Positions 26,775 through 40,412 are shown, counted from the first letter of the stretch. The stretch: DNA of 64,000 nt from Eledone cirrhosa (GCA_964016885.1 OZ024740.1:273048001-273112000), one strand, 5' to 3'. The notes: a model not told the origin generated them from the letters alone. A program made the numbers and translations.

Positions 26775-27088
26775 GTATGTATAAATATATATGTGTGTGT
26801 CTATGTGTGTGGGCGTATTTCTTTGTTTATATATGTTTAATCATTTCATATCCATTTAAAGGTTATATAATTTCTTGCTTATCCTCCCATGCATGGCTTT
26901 GCGCTGCTTTTTCGCTTTCTTACCCCCTCTCTGTCACTTTCTAACTCTCACCCTTTCTCCCACTCTTTTTTATGTGTACTCCTTCACTGTATTTCTTTGT
27001 GTATCTCTCTTTTTCTCACCCACACGTATATATCTGTAGGCGCCTATATAGATAATTATATATAACATATGCATGTGTATATTAAAAA

Positions 27089-27174
<86 letters not shown>

Positions 27175-27237
27175 GTATGTATATATAATATATATATATA
27201 TACACACACATATATGTATATACACACATTCACACAT

Positions 27238-27280
<43 letters not shown>

Positions 27281-27730
27281 TGTTAATATGTTAATACACA
27301 TATAATATATTTGTATGCATATGTGTATGTGTGCGTATGTGTATGTGTGTGTGTATGTGTTTATACACATATCATATATTTGTATATATATATATATATA
27401 TACATGTGTATGTGTACGTATGTGTGTGTGTGTCTAGTAGACATATGTATTTAAAGAAAGAGAGATATAAAAGAAAGCAACTATAATGTATATTTAAATG
27501 TTTCTATTACGTCCAAATGTATTGAGAAAATTGATTTCGTTGGAACTAAAAGAAGAAGATGGCCGTTGTTCATGCAAGGTCTTTTAAGGGATTAAGTCTA
27601 CATTTTTGAGTTATTCCTTGTGAAGGGTCTTATTTACTTCGCACCAGATGAGACATTTGTAAGTGCCAAACATGTAAAACCGCTTTCATATTACTTTACG
27701 TTTTGTTTTCATTTTTATTCTTCCTTCCAG

Positions 27731-27827
27731 ACTCAGAAATCATGACTCCATCTCATTGTCTAATCTCCTTCTGTAGTTATATAGCTAGAGATTAAAAATG
27801 TTTAGATGACCGAGGCAATGCGACAAG
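27731..27827 (+). other. Candidate 97-nt spliceosomal exon of an unknown host transcript
   Basis: Pyrimidine tract tttttattcttccttccAG upstream and AAG|GTAAGC downstream, in non-repeat-looking DNA; all three frames contain a stop, late ATG gives MTEAMRQ. Confidence 0.3.
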
Positions 27828-28133
27828 GTAAGCATCTCAAATAAAATGTATCCGTCTTTTCCGCTACCCACATTTTCTGTGGAGGCGACGTGGCGAGGAA
27901 TTTTATTTTGTTTTATTTAGGAGCGGGCTGATTCTAGCCTGCCATTATTTGCTGAGGAATGTTAGTACGCGAGTGGGGTCATCTTTGTATGTATGTATGT
28001 ATGTATGTATGTATGTATGTATGTATGTATGTATGTATGTATGTATGTATGTATGTATGTATGTATGTATGTGTGTATGTATGTATGTATGTATGAATAT
28101 TTGTATATATGTATGTAATGTATGTATGTATGC

Positions 28134-28167
<34 letters not shown>

Positions 28168-29396
28168 TTATCTATCTATCTATATATCTATCTATCTACC
28201 TATCTATCTATAACTCTCCATCTCTCTCCATTTCTCTCTCTCCCCCGTCCTATCTCTCTCTATCTCTCTCCTTTTCTCTCTTTGTCTGAATGTATGAACT
28301 TCATTTGGTTTGATTTTCAAAAAATATTAAAAATATTAAAACATTTTCCTGGCAGACTCCTCAGTCGTATTGCTTCGTTCCCAGGAGATTAAGAAATAAA
28401 ATGCAAAAATTAGTTTGAAGAACCACATACTATAAATAAATAAAAAACATTTACAGGATATGACAAAACAAAAGAAGATAAATAATATAATACAAATAGA
28501 AATTGTTGTTTATGGAACATTGTACAATGATATGTGTTTGGTAAGAAAGTGAAATTTCGTTGGATCAAGCACAAATGGATAAGACTGGATATATTGCAAA
28601 AGTTGTTTGGTGATTTGGATATTTTCTGTGGTGGGGTAAACGGCATATAAACAATACACGTAGAGGCATGTCTTTGCAAAAGAATGCCACAGTATGATAA
28701 TGGAAAATATGTGAATAAAATTCAAATGAATCATATTTATATATCAGAGCCCCAGGGAATATCAGTAAGAGAATGAGAGAGATAGGGGTAGAAAGAGAAA
28801 GAGAAAGAGAGGCTAGGCAGAGAGAAAAGAAGGGGAACGAGCAAAACAGAGAATGTGGATAAAGATTAAACTTAGGCAAAGTAAGATGGATATTTCTCAT
28901 AGAGGTACAGGGTCTGTAATTTTAAACAAGAGTATAGTCAATTATAAAGATCATAGTCCGTGATCGGTAATATTTTATTGAACAGGAAAGTATGAAAATC
29001 CAAATTGACACAAAAGTCGCGTACATTTGACTATAGTTTGACATATGCTTCGGGTTATGGCCCTTTTTCACGCGAGATCTTACATCGAAATCTCGTTCAG
29101 ACATCTTGTCTTTACGCACGACGTTAGATACTGAACACATAATCGTGCATAATCTGCAGATGCTTTCGCCACCTATACCTTGAAGTCTAAGATTGCGTAA
29201 TAAATTGTATGTGTTTGAATCAATAAATTAACTGTTTCTCATTATATAGAGCACTCTTTTCCTGTCTCCGTCCAACGGACCTTTTCACTATATCCAAACT
29301 GCACGAACGTACAGACAGACAGAAACACACAGACACAAACATACATACAAACTCATGCACACCCACACACATACACACGCAAACACACACACACAC

Positions 29397-29467
<71 letters not shown>

Positions 29468-29513
29468 AATGAATAATAACAGGTAGACATCATAAAAGGT
29501 AATTTATTCCGTG

Positions 29514-29625
29514 TGCTTACAAGTGTTTCCACGGTGGTACTACAGCCTAGTTATGCTATGTGCAAATTTACAAGTATTTGCAGAACTCAAATATCCAATG
29601 CTGTGACCACTGTATCCTCAGAGCA
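29514..29625 (-). ncRNA. Type I hammerhead ribozyme with ~85-nt extended stem II
   Basis: tgct-CTGAGGA-tacagtggt...accaccgtg-GAAAC-actt-GTA-agca. Confidence 0.8.
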
Positions 29626-30115
29626 GAATGGTAAAATGTACTATGTAAATACCCTTAAGTGGGGTTGTTGGGGAAGATAGAGTAGAAAAGGAAGAGAGAA
29701 AAGTAGGGGAGAGGGAGAGAGAGAGAAAGATATGCAGGGGTTGGAGAAGTAGGAGAGAGTGGTTTGTAGATATCTTAATCAAAATGTTATGGTAGGGGTT
29801 TTATTATACTGGTTACTTTTGGAGAGATGCGTTGATAGTTAAGGTCGGAATTATTTATTGCCCCAGAGGGCAGGTTCATAGATGTGGAGAGGGAGGTAGG
29901 CCAAAGGCGAGAGAGAGAGTGTGTAATGGATGTAGAGAGAGAGGTAGAGAGGGGACAGACGAAGTTTATGTGGTGAGTGAACTTTGGGTTTGTAGTAGTA
30001 ATCTGTGAATTGCACTGAGTTACCATTTATAGTGGTAAGCAGTGTATTGTCTTGTAGTGTGGGGGAAGAGAAGGTGGTTAGCTAGAAAGCGATGTTATAG
30101 TTACGGGTTCGAATG

Positions 30116-32270
30116 TTAAGTTATTTTATAGTGAGAGAATTTAGCTTTTAGTTTGTGGTTGCAGTATAATGATCGTTCAATTCTATCGTTACGTAGTTTG
30201 TTTTTGGATTTTAATATGTAAAAGAGTTCAAGGTTACATAACCTGCAGCACTTCAATCCACTCCGATATGCACTTGCGCTTGAAAGTATATCCCATTTTA
30301 AGGTGAACTGTTGGTTGCGTTCGCGGAGTTGCCAGGTTTTGTTGGCGAGCGTGGTCACAAAACGGTGATTAGGATGTTTGATTGAGAATCGATGACGGTA
30401 CCAGCGAGATTTAAACGAGGTGGTGGTAGATCCGATATAATACCATAATCTGGTCGTTCGATTCAACCGTGCATTGGTAAACAATGTTGGACTTTAGGCA
30501 TTCATTCTTCAATGGACATCTTTCAGGTAGATGGCAGTTACATTCTTTGTTGTGGGTAGCGGGTATACCATGGATAGGTTGTGATAGCGGTACAGGTGGA
30601 TTGTGCAATACCCGTCTCCCATTTAGTGGTTGGGAGGCAGATATTACGTTCTGTCCATCTGTTACTAAAATGTTTTGTTTTGTAGAGTTGTTTAATTTCC
30701 TTAAGTTAATTTTTTTTTATGTATGCTTCAAGGTTTGGTGCCGTGGAGTATGATAGTCTAATAGTTTAAGAGTTCAGAATTTTGCAATATTTATGGGAAC
30801 TAGGGAAATGTTTGTTGATTAACTTAAAGAATGAAAGAGATAGTTTTGTACTAATCGAGGCATTAAAAATAGGATTGTACCAGCTATACTTTCTACAACG
30901 AGATTTATTTGGTGGTGATTTTCTATTATTAGTATGTCTGGTAGTACTGTGTGTGTGCGCTTGTATTTTAGTCCACCGGTTACGTATTCCTTGATTTCGT
31001 GTAGAGCTATGTGTGTTATGGAAATTCCTATCAATGTATTCTATTGTATCCCGGTGGTTGGCCTTTCTTAATGCATTATTGTAGTATTCAGCGTGTTCAC
31101 TAAAAATATCAGAGTTAGACGATAGGCGAGAGATTCTAAGAGAAATACTCCGGGGAACTGATTTGATCATGGAGAGTGGGTGGTTTGAGTTAAAGTTAAT
31201 ATACGTAAGGTTCTCATTCATCTTGTGGAAGGGTCGTATCTGTCCGGTATTTAAATTAAGAGTTACGTCCAGAAAGTTTACTACTTTAAGATTGTATTCG
31301 TATGTTATTTTTAGACCCAGTTCACTAAAAGATTTTCTAATATTTTTCCGTCGCCTTTCAAGATTTTGGTTATTCAAGTTATTAACTAATAAGAGCCCGT
31401 CATCTCGGTATATCCCCCCCTGTAGATTACTAAATTTACTATGTAATATGTGGGCTATGTAAATTCCCACGAGATCCGTGACCTCCGCTGAGTCGTTGGA
31501 ACCCATGGTAATGTCGAAATGTGTGGGTCTGTCCTTACGTTCCCAGTAGCAGTTATCAAACTTAATAATGGTTTTTCTAGCCTCGAGAATAATATTAATT
31601 TCGTCCTCTGTTAGATCGGAATTGACCTTAGCAAACGATAGGGACTTACGTAAAGTGCTTGGTGAGATGGAAGAGTAGTATTCGTCCATGTCAAATTGTA
31701 TAAACTTAGATTTATTCTTATTCTTAACGTTATTAAACCAGCGAATTGCTTCCCTTGTGTTGCTCCATAATTTAATTTCAATTCTCTTTTTCACTTGAGT
31801 TATTACTCTGTCAAGTATATGTTTGCTAATTTTTCCTATGTCTGATTTAGAAGGGCATATAAGTCTAATCTTAGGGTTAGAGTCAAAATTTACTTTATGG
31901 TCCTTCAGGTTGAAGGTGGGGGTAGCGGGTATAATCGGTTCGGTTCTATCGTCTATCTTGAGATTCTTCACCACTTTATATGCCTCGTTGTTAATATTTG
32001 CCAGCGTAGTTTCATTTGTTTTTCTATATTTTTTGTGTAGTTCGTTGCGTATGAAGTTATTGTACGTATAGATATCCATGGTATACACGTTAGAGGTCTT
32101 GTCAGCTTTCACAACAATTCCATTGGTATTTTGCAATCTTCGGAGTAGTGCTTTCATGTTGCTCTGCAGCTCATTATTTCTATGTTTGTTGAACTTAATG
32201 TTCATGGTCGTTTTCATTAAATCTTGTTCGAAAGCATCGAGATGAGGGTTTGTGGGTGGGTTTTTACATG
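30116..32270 (-). pseudogene. Penelope-like RT-GIY-YIG polyprotein with one nonsense codon and at least two frameshifts near the C-terminus
   Basis: KADKT, LKDHK..KIRLICP, QFDMDEYYSSI, TMGS, IYRDDG, NFLDVTL; CNCHLPERCPLKNECLKSNIVYQC..YYIGST..FKSRW..H; CRLC; CNH. Confidence 0.92.
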
Positions 32271-32616
32271 ATTTTCACATAATTTCACATAAATATATAT
32301 GGAGAGAGAGGGAGAGGGAGAAATAGAGAAAACCAGAGAAAGAGAGAGTAGAGAGACAGAATGAGAAAGAGTGAGGTGGATGGAGAATGAGTGAGAGAGA
32401 GGCCCCAAAAATCTTCTTTTTCACTCCCAAGTTTACTAATGGTGCTGTGAGACACTAAACAATCTCTACTTTTGCAATCCAGACTGCATCATTCACATAC
32501 AAAATTTAGAACACTGTTTTCTTTCGACCTTGCCATATATTATATAAGTTCTTAGTTCTTATGTTGATATGGCTTCTGATGCCACTTTGAAATGTCTTCC
32601 TTTCGTCCCTTTACTG

Positions 32617-32975
32617 GATGTGGATTGGCAGTATCGGTAGAGCGTTAGGAACAATGCTTTGCAGTATAGAGTTATGGCCCTTTACATTCTGATTTCAAAT
32701 TCCAGCGAGGTTAACTTCGCCTTTCATCCTTGCGGGGTCGATATAATAAAGCAACAGTAACACACTGGGATAATTACTAGCCTTGTGCCAACAGTAGAAA
32801 CAATTATTACAGTCCGTTTACGTTCTGAGTTCAAATCCTGTCGAGTTTAGCTTTGGCCTTCATCCTTACGGGATCGATAAAATAGATTACCAGTAACGCA
32901 CTAGGGCGGATTTAATTGAATTTTCACTATACCCAAAATTACTGACCTTAAGCTTAAATCAGAAACCATAAAACA
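32617..32975 (+). mobile_element. SINE family A full copy followed by a 5'-truncated copy
   Basis: Two cores; first tail ccttgtgccaacagtagaaacaattatta at ~32790. Confidence 0.85.
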
Positions 32976-33649
32976 TTATTACGGTCAGCGACACATTTCT
33001 AAAAATTTGAAGCTTGTATTCCAATATCATTGAGTATAAGAAGAGGTTTTCCTACGTTACACACACCCGGATGAAGTTGGCCATAAGTAAAGAGTTTCGG
33101 CAAACCTTCATCAATCATAGGAACAACATAACTAACCTCTTTTAATTAGGATTGCATCAAATGAGAATGATTAGAAATAAAATATAATGGGAGTTGTGTA
33201 GATGAAAGAATATAAATGGTGATCTGTGAACATTTGGTTCTATATGTCAAGATTCTCAGCTGAAGGTCGGAAAAGAAGTTAGGAGTACGTATGTATTTGG
33301 AATCGCAGCGTGTGTAGAGAGAGGCTTGCAACATTTTTTTGTGAGCAGACAAGAACAAATTCAAATTTTATTTAAGATATGTCACTAGCGTCAATATTTG
33401 TAGCTTCTTAGACAGAGGTTTCATTTGCTGCCATGACCTTTGATTTTACAGCAAAATTTACGTTCTAATTTCACGATTATCATGCCACCGAATATACATC
33501 CCCGATGAAATAAATTTGGGATTATTTTTGTGTTGATGAATTTTGACTCTACAACTACCTGAATTGGTTTTCGAAAAATCTGATATATGTGTTTTTCTTT
33601 CTTGCCTTTAACGTATGGAACAACTGCTGTATACCCCAGTTACTACTCG

Positions 33650-33897
33650 AGGCTTGTTTTATTCACAGGGCAATAGCTCGCTCTGATCGATCGACAAGAC
33701 CCCAGATCTCATTCACCTGTCGAGGTTTCCATTCCTCATTCCATTCATGATACTATCTAACTATCGCAACTCCTGGTAGAAGGAGCAACGTGAAATAAAT
33801 GTCTGGCTCAAGGACACAGCGCATCAACCGGTCCGTGAATTGGACTCGCAACCACACAATTGCGAATCTAACTCTCTAACCACTATGCCACGCACCT
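33650..33897 (-). mobile_element. Second tRNA-derived SINE family, decayed
   Basis: Minus strand gtggcatagtggttagag A box, decayed B box, gtgtccttgagccagacattt CORE/V-like block. 3' boundary uncertain. Confidence 0.6.
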
Positions 33898-33952
33898 TCA
33901 GTTGATAGGGTATTAACCTATCTGAATGTTTTCATTATGTTATCCAAGAATA

Positions 33953-34168
33953 GGACGGTGGATTGTCAGTATCGGTAGAGAGTCAGACGCCATGCTTTGC
34001 AGTATAGAGTTACGGCCCTTTACGGTTTGGGTTCAAATCCCGCCGAGGATAACTTTGCCTTTCATCCTTAGGGGGTCGATAAAATAAAGTACCAGTCTCG
34101 CACTGAGGTCGATTTAATTGACTTTCCCCTCGCCCAAAATTGCTAACCTTGTGCCTATATAAGAAACC
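33953..34168 (+). mobile_element. SINE family A with target-site duplication
   Basis: attatgttatcc occurs before the head and after the tail, where it runs into the gap. Confidence 0.9.
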
Positions 34169-34180
34169 ATTATGTTATCC

Positions 34181-34380
34181 NNNNNNNNNNNNNNNNNNNN
34201 NNNNNNNNNNNNNNNNNNNNNNNNNNNNNNNNNNNNNNNNNNNNNNNNNNNNNNNNNNNNNNNNNNNNNNNNNNNNNNNNNNNNNNNNNNNNNNNNNNNN
34301 NNNNNNNNNNNNNNNNNNNNNNNNNNNNNNNNNNNNNNNNNNNNNNNNNNNNNNNNNNNNNNNNNNNNNNNNNNNNNNNN
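34181..34380. other. Assembly gap (200 N)
   Basis: Run of n. Confidence 1.
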
Positions 34381-35535
34381 GTTAGATGTGACGAAGGAGA
34401 GAAAAGGTACGTGATATCAGAAGTAGAGTACGAAGAGGTTAACTCAATCAGCTTAAAATATTATCGTGTGGCTACTAGTATTATTCAGCACGAAAATCAT
34501 AAATTCTTCGAATAGAATTGGAGAAGGGAAGATAACTGTTATGGAATTATGAAAAACAGGAGATACGATGGATAAACTAAAGCCTCACGCACACATATAT
34601 TTGTATACTCGAATACTTATACATACATATCCAGATGAACACAAATGTCATATACACTGTCTGTGTTATACACGTAGACACAGATGTGTATGAATCGGAT
34701 TACAAATAAACATGCAAATGCATGACTATACCAATAAAAGCACAAGTTCAATGAACTGGCGATTTTACAACCATAGGTTGCCAAAATTGTGAGTTTTTAC
34801 ATTGAGTGAAAACAAGCATACATTTGAGGAGTATAGTACACAAAATATGAATATACAAAACTATGTAAAATATATTTCCCCACAGGTGGCTAATGACACA
34901 TGTTACAGTAGGACACTATCCAAGTCGCCAAATAGCTTTAAAATATAAAGCTAGTAGGAAATAAAAAATAAAAAAATGAAATCGGACCTCTTTAACCACT
35001 CTAGGCTAATCGCTCTCACTCACCTGTCAAGAATTATATCTGGGTTAGTATTCCCGTATCTACCTTTACCTAGTGGTAGTTCATAAGTCTGAACAGGGAT
35101 TTACCGAAGAAGAAGCTAATTGTATGGTGCCCCATTTCTTTAAGTATCGTGAACCACACGCTCTTTGTGTTATAGCCGTCAGACACAAGTACTACTTTCT
35201 AAAAGATGCTGGCTGAGTAATCCTTAAGTTGGATTCGACTGACTATAATAACAATATCAATGACCATAGTAATAATAATAACAATAATAATAATAATAAT
35301 AATAATGCTTTCTTTATTAACCACAAGGGTTTACATAAAGTAGACATTAAGGACAGTACAGGACAATACAGGACGGTACAAATGGGCATTTCTGCGTGTA
35401 AAAAAAACAGAGGATGTAATAAAAAAAATAACAATGAAAAATGTCCGAGGGACCTTTGTGGAGAAAGCCCATTAAAAGGCCACAGTGACCCTGACCACCA
35501 GGGCTAGTGCCCTCTGCCAGTTTTCCACCTTTAAT

Positions 35536-38376
35536 TTACAGACACATACTCAGAGTAGGCCCATTCACTCGGGCCATACTTGCTTCTCTCACCCATCTTT
35601 CAACAAAATGCTGGGAAGAGAGCACTTCCCTCTCTACCCTGATTTTCCTTTTCAAATGAAATTTGAAAAGGTTAATCAGGGCATCACCGAAGGGGTAAGT
35701 GCTCGTCTTCAGCCCTTTCAAACGTGTCCACCATACTATCTCTTTCGCCATGGCCACCAGACAGATAAAAACTGCCTGCCCTTTCCGGCTAAAGGAATCC
35801 TCACGATGGACTCAGCTGATAGCTGGATCAGTCCTACACGTGACAGCAGGTGTTCAACATAAACCCACAAGTCAGAAATGCTCGGACACTGGACGAGTGC
35901 GTGCAGGACGGTTTCGTCGCCCTGCGCGCATCTCGGACATGCCCGGCTGACGGCACCTCCATGCCCGTAGAGTTTATCCCGAACTGGCAAAGCTCCTCGG
36001 TAGCACTGCCAGGCCAGGGATTTCTGGAAGTTGTCCATAGGCCCCGGCCCGAAAGTCCTTCCGAAGAGATTGGCTACTTGATTTTCGTCGACGCCTAGAG
36101 TTTCTCCAAGTACATCGTCGCTCTTCCCCTCCACTAATCCTCTATAGAACGGCAAGGTGGAGTTTCCACCGATCACATTGCCCGATTGGTCGAGGGCTGT
36201 TAGCGCATGATGACATTCCAGTCTCCAAGCGCTCCCTCTCAGTCTTCGCTTAACCCAGGACTGCAGCTCCGTCAAGGAAGAGGTGGAGATGTCGTAGCCT
36301 GAGCGCGTGTCTGCGCATCATCAGCCACGGCATGCCCAGCCCTCCACGTAGCGGGTGTTGACAGCAGATGGAACGCCTGACCATCGGAGCGCGTCCCTTC
36401 CACAGAAAGCGAAAGAGCAAACGCTCCAGCGCAGTCAGGCGGGGCTTAGGACAAGGTACGACGGTCAGGCGGTAGTAGATGATGGACGCGATGTACGCGT
36501 TAGCCACCTCCACTCGACCTTTCAGGGATAGCTTCCTCTCCGCCCATTTCTGGGTGAGAGAAGCCACCCTGCTCGTCACATCGTCCCAGTTTTTGTCCAT
36601 CTGGAGGTCCGGACCGAACCAGTCCCCTAGCAATTTAACCGGTCCGTCCGTCCAGCGCCCGTCGACGCTGTTGGACGCCATGGACCTGCCTCTCCAGGTG
36701 CCGAGCTGCAGGCCCACTGACTTTTCCTGGTTGATCATTGCTCCGGTCACCGCTTTGTATTCTCTTAGTGTAGTGCCGATCGCCTCGATGTGTTTGGCGT
36801 TCGACACCACTACGTTAACATCGTCCGCATATGCTACACGGATCTTACGCATCCTAGTTTGCGCGGGATGCCCCTCAACGTTTCCAGATTGTGCAGTAAT
36901 GGCTCGAGTGTCAATACGTACAAGAGGGACGAGAGGGGACATCCTTGGCGGACCGAGCGCATGATGTTTAACGGTTCCGAAAGGTGACCGTTCCCTCTCA
37001 CCACAGAGCAGATGTCGTTGTGCATGGCAGCGATCCAGCCTCTGAAGACGGGCCCAAAGCCAGCCGCTCTCAGGACTGCCGCTAGGTAACGATGGTCGAC
37101 CCTATCGAAAGCTTTCGACTGATCTAAATAGATCAAGGACCCACCCGTGACAGGTTCCCTAGCTACCCTCTCTACGATGTATCGCATGAGGTGGAGGTTG
37201 TCGTGGATATATCTGTCGGGAATGGCGCATGTCTGCGCCTCTCACACCAGATCACCGACGACAAGCGCCAACCGCTTTGCTAGCACCTTGGCCAACAATT
37301 TTTAGCAGACTTATGGGCTTGAAATTATCTATGTTATCCCCTTATTCGGATCCTTTCTCAGCAGCGCCACAGCTCCTCGGCTCACAGAGCTGGGAATTCT
37401 CCGTTCTGTTGCCAGTTGCAGTAGACGTCCGCCAAGAGGCCTCCGAACAAGTCTGGCATCTGTACGTAAAGTTCATAGGGCAGACCATCCACACCAGGCG
37501 ATTTACCCCTTGTGCAGCCAGTCATTGTTTCCCGTATTCAGCGGTTGTTATCGGCTTTTCGCAACACTCAGCCTCAGTGGCCGAGAGCAGCGGCAGTCCG
37601 TCGAGGTAGACACTAAAGTCCATCCCTCGATTCGGCCCGCCGCTGCCCCCGAACAGCTGTGCGAAGTGTCACTGAAAAGCTTCACACATTTGCCCGGCAT
37701 CGAGTAGCATGCGCCCGTCGTGGTCCACCAAAGACCGGATCGACGCGCCTCCGCCACTCGGGCCCATTGAACGGCTTTTGTCCCCTCGTGTCTAAGAGCA
37801 CGCACCCTAGCTCCGACAACGCAGCCTTCGTGCTTTGCATTGAAGAATTGGTCAAGGGCCAATTTCGCCGCAAGTACGTCGGTCGCGATGCCTTTGCTAA
37901 GCGCCTCGTCTAATTTTCTAACTAGTTCTCCCTCTGCTGTATTTTTCTCTATTGCTAAAGCCCTACTAAACCTAATGGACTCTATTCTAATCGCTCTTTT
38001 CAGAGCAAACCACCACTTGTTGTTGACGATGGCCCCCGTCAACGCCCGCTTAACTAGTTCGCTAATCCGGTCTCTGTAAGCCTTGCGCGCTGGTAAGGAC
38101 GCGTTTATCTTCTAGTAGCCGGGTCTTCGTCTATGAAGCCTATCCAAATCTTTCCGAAAAAGCACAGCAACTCCTCCCCCCGATCCAGGACGGCTGGGAG
38201 ATGCGTACACATCGTAGCCGCCGAAGATCGGTGCGAAGGCCCGTGCTTCGGAGGTTCTGGTCTCTCTGTTGGCCACTACATCTATGTTTAGTGACCTGAG
38301 GTCGTTGAGCAGGTGGCCCTGCTTCCGTGACGACCCCAAGCCACGCATATATGCTGCCTATTCTGAGTAAGGTTAT
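35536..38376 (-). pseudogene. LINE ORF2, disrupted
   Basis: LDQSKAFDRV, RQGCPLS, AYADD, CPRCAQGDETVLHALVQC; the start codon position reads ATA. Confidence 0.92.
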
Positions 38377-38410
38377 GTTGAAATGGAGTGGAAAAGATGG
38401 GAAAGACCAT

Positions 38411-39914
38411 TTACCTTACTTCTCGTATAGGAAGGATGGTTTGTCCATCCTTTTCACTGCTTGTGGCCTCTTCCGGAAGGATGTCCTTATGAATCCTCCT
38501 GGAGAGTGCTTGTCGGAAGTCTCCGATGTCTTTGGGGAATTTTTGTTTTAGTGCCGTGTGCGTTTTCTGTGTGATGCGAGTGAACTTTTGGGTTGTTGTG
38601 TAGTCTTTTTCTGCGATGCTGGTGTTGGGTTGGATGTAGTGTAATAATTGGTTGTTGTTCAAATTTAATGCTGTGTAGTGTGTATCGTTTTGGTTGTTTT
38701 GTTTTGTTTGCGTTTGTTGTGGGGTTGTTGCTGTTACAGTTGCTTCTGTTGTTGCTGCCATTTCTGCTGCTGGTGGTGTTGATGGTTGAGTCACTGGGGT
38801 GGGTAATAGAGGTTGCCTCAACCTTTTAGCCCGAGGGCAGAAAGCCCTTAGGTGGGTTCCTTCACCACAAATGACACACCTAGGCCTTCTGCCCTCGACG
38901 ATTACGGTGAGGTGGCTGCCGTCAGTGAGGTCTATTACCTCTGGGATCTCCTCAATGCTTTTTTGGTCCGCTTGGATCAGGAGCTCCATTCCAGATCCGG
39001 ACCAGTTCTGCTGCTTTTCTTTCGCTATTTCGATTATCTTAGTGTTGGCCTCGATGCCGGCGAGGACGGCAGCCATTAGCCAGGGAATTTCGATGGCCGG
39101 TTGAACGTGGTTCACCCTGATCTTCACGAGTCACTGGCCACAATAGCTTGGGACGAGTGTGAAGTCGTCACTTCTTAATGGGGCCATGGAGTATTCTCTG
39201 GCCTCCTGTTGTCTTCCAAAGAACACGTCCACGGTTCCATATTTCTGCCCACATCTGATGTGGGGTTTTTTTGCCCACACATGTCCCAAAGCTTTTTGGA
39301 TTCGGGACTCGGATGCTCGTTCCACTCGGCGCGATTTTATATTAATCGTCCGATAAGACACGGTGCATAGGCGCCGATGTGCGATTTTATTAGGTGGGAT
39401 GGTGGGGGGGGGGGGGTGAGTCTGACCCTGTACCCATCTTTCTTTACCATTCTCTTGGCTTCATCTAATTCCTCCTGAGTTACCTGGATTGCTTCGCACT
39501 TTTTTGCTGCACTGGCAAAAGACAGCGTGGTTTTCTTATTCTCATTGTTGCTGTTGCTGTTGTTGTTATCGTTTTTTTGTTATTGTTATTTTTAGTTTCA
39601 GTTGTGTTGGTGGTGGCTTCAATGGTGTTCGGTGTGGAAGAGTCCATTCTGGGTGAATCCATTTCGATGTCACGAGATAATTTATTATTTTTTTCTTTTG
39701 TTTCTGTTGTCGCTGTCGCTGTGATGGTGGTGGGGGTGGCGGCTGCAACACCTGCAGTCATTGGTAATGGCGGGAATTGAATGTCTGCATGAGACAAATT
39801 TAAATTATTGCTACTGCTTATATTTTTAGTATTGGCAAACGTAGTAATATTTACAATGGTGGTGTCGGTGTGAGGTGTTAGTTTGTGAGGAAGGTGTGAC
39901 TGTGAGTCGTCCAT
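38411..39914 (-). pseudogene. LINE ORF1, disrupted
   Basis: Thr/Asn-rich N-terminus; VEGRRPRCVICGEGTHLRAFC; LKQKFPKDIG. Confidence 0.85.
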
Positions 39915-40125
39915 GATTTTTTCAAAGAAATATTTGTTTGATAATTATAACAGTTTAAATTAGGGCTCAAGGCCCCAATATATTTGAGTGTCCTTTTCAG
40001 AAAACAATGTATGTGCACTTATATACAGTTAACAATAAAAAATTTCCATAAATGGCAATTTTAAACAACTGAAAACAACAAACTTTGCGGAGCTCACGAT
40101 AATACGATTTCCTACGTAGGTCGCC

Positions 40126-40163
<38 letters not shown>

Positions 40164-40412
40164 TTTCATTTATTGGCCACAAGGGCCGACATATAGGGGA
40201 CAACACAATAGACAGGGACAGTGGGGGTTTACATAGAGATCGAGTAAGTATAAATAACAAAAACAAAATAACAATAAAAATACAACAATGAAAGTTCCCC
40301 AATAAGAGGGATCACCACCCAGGGTTGACTCAAGCACCCCACCAGTCCTGAGCCACCCGACGCTCCTAGGGCACCCGGGAAGGGCACCCCTCTCCTTCTC
40401 GAATTCACCAGC

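Larger units (their letters stand above)
29465..32275 (-). mobile_element. Penelope-like element, Naiad-type, 5'-truncated
   Basis: RT, CxCx5C linker and GIY-YIG, long 3' region with hammerhead and AATAAA, ending in (TA)n. Confidence 0.9.
35307..40125 (-). mobile_element. Tx1/L1-group LINE copy 3, both ends present, decayed, deletion in the APE domain
   Basis: (AAT)n on both sides; 3' end cccttgtggttaataaagaaagc-(ATT)n. Confidence 0.93.

Noticed and set aside
30116-32217. Selenocysteine recoding, reported for some Naiad elements
   Set aside because: The linker cysteines use TGT/TGC and the internal stop at 30766 is TAA; no in-frame TGA was seen at cysteine positions.
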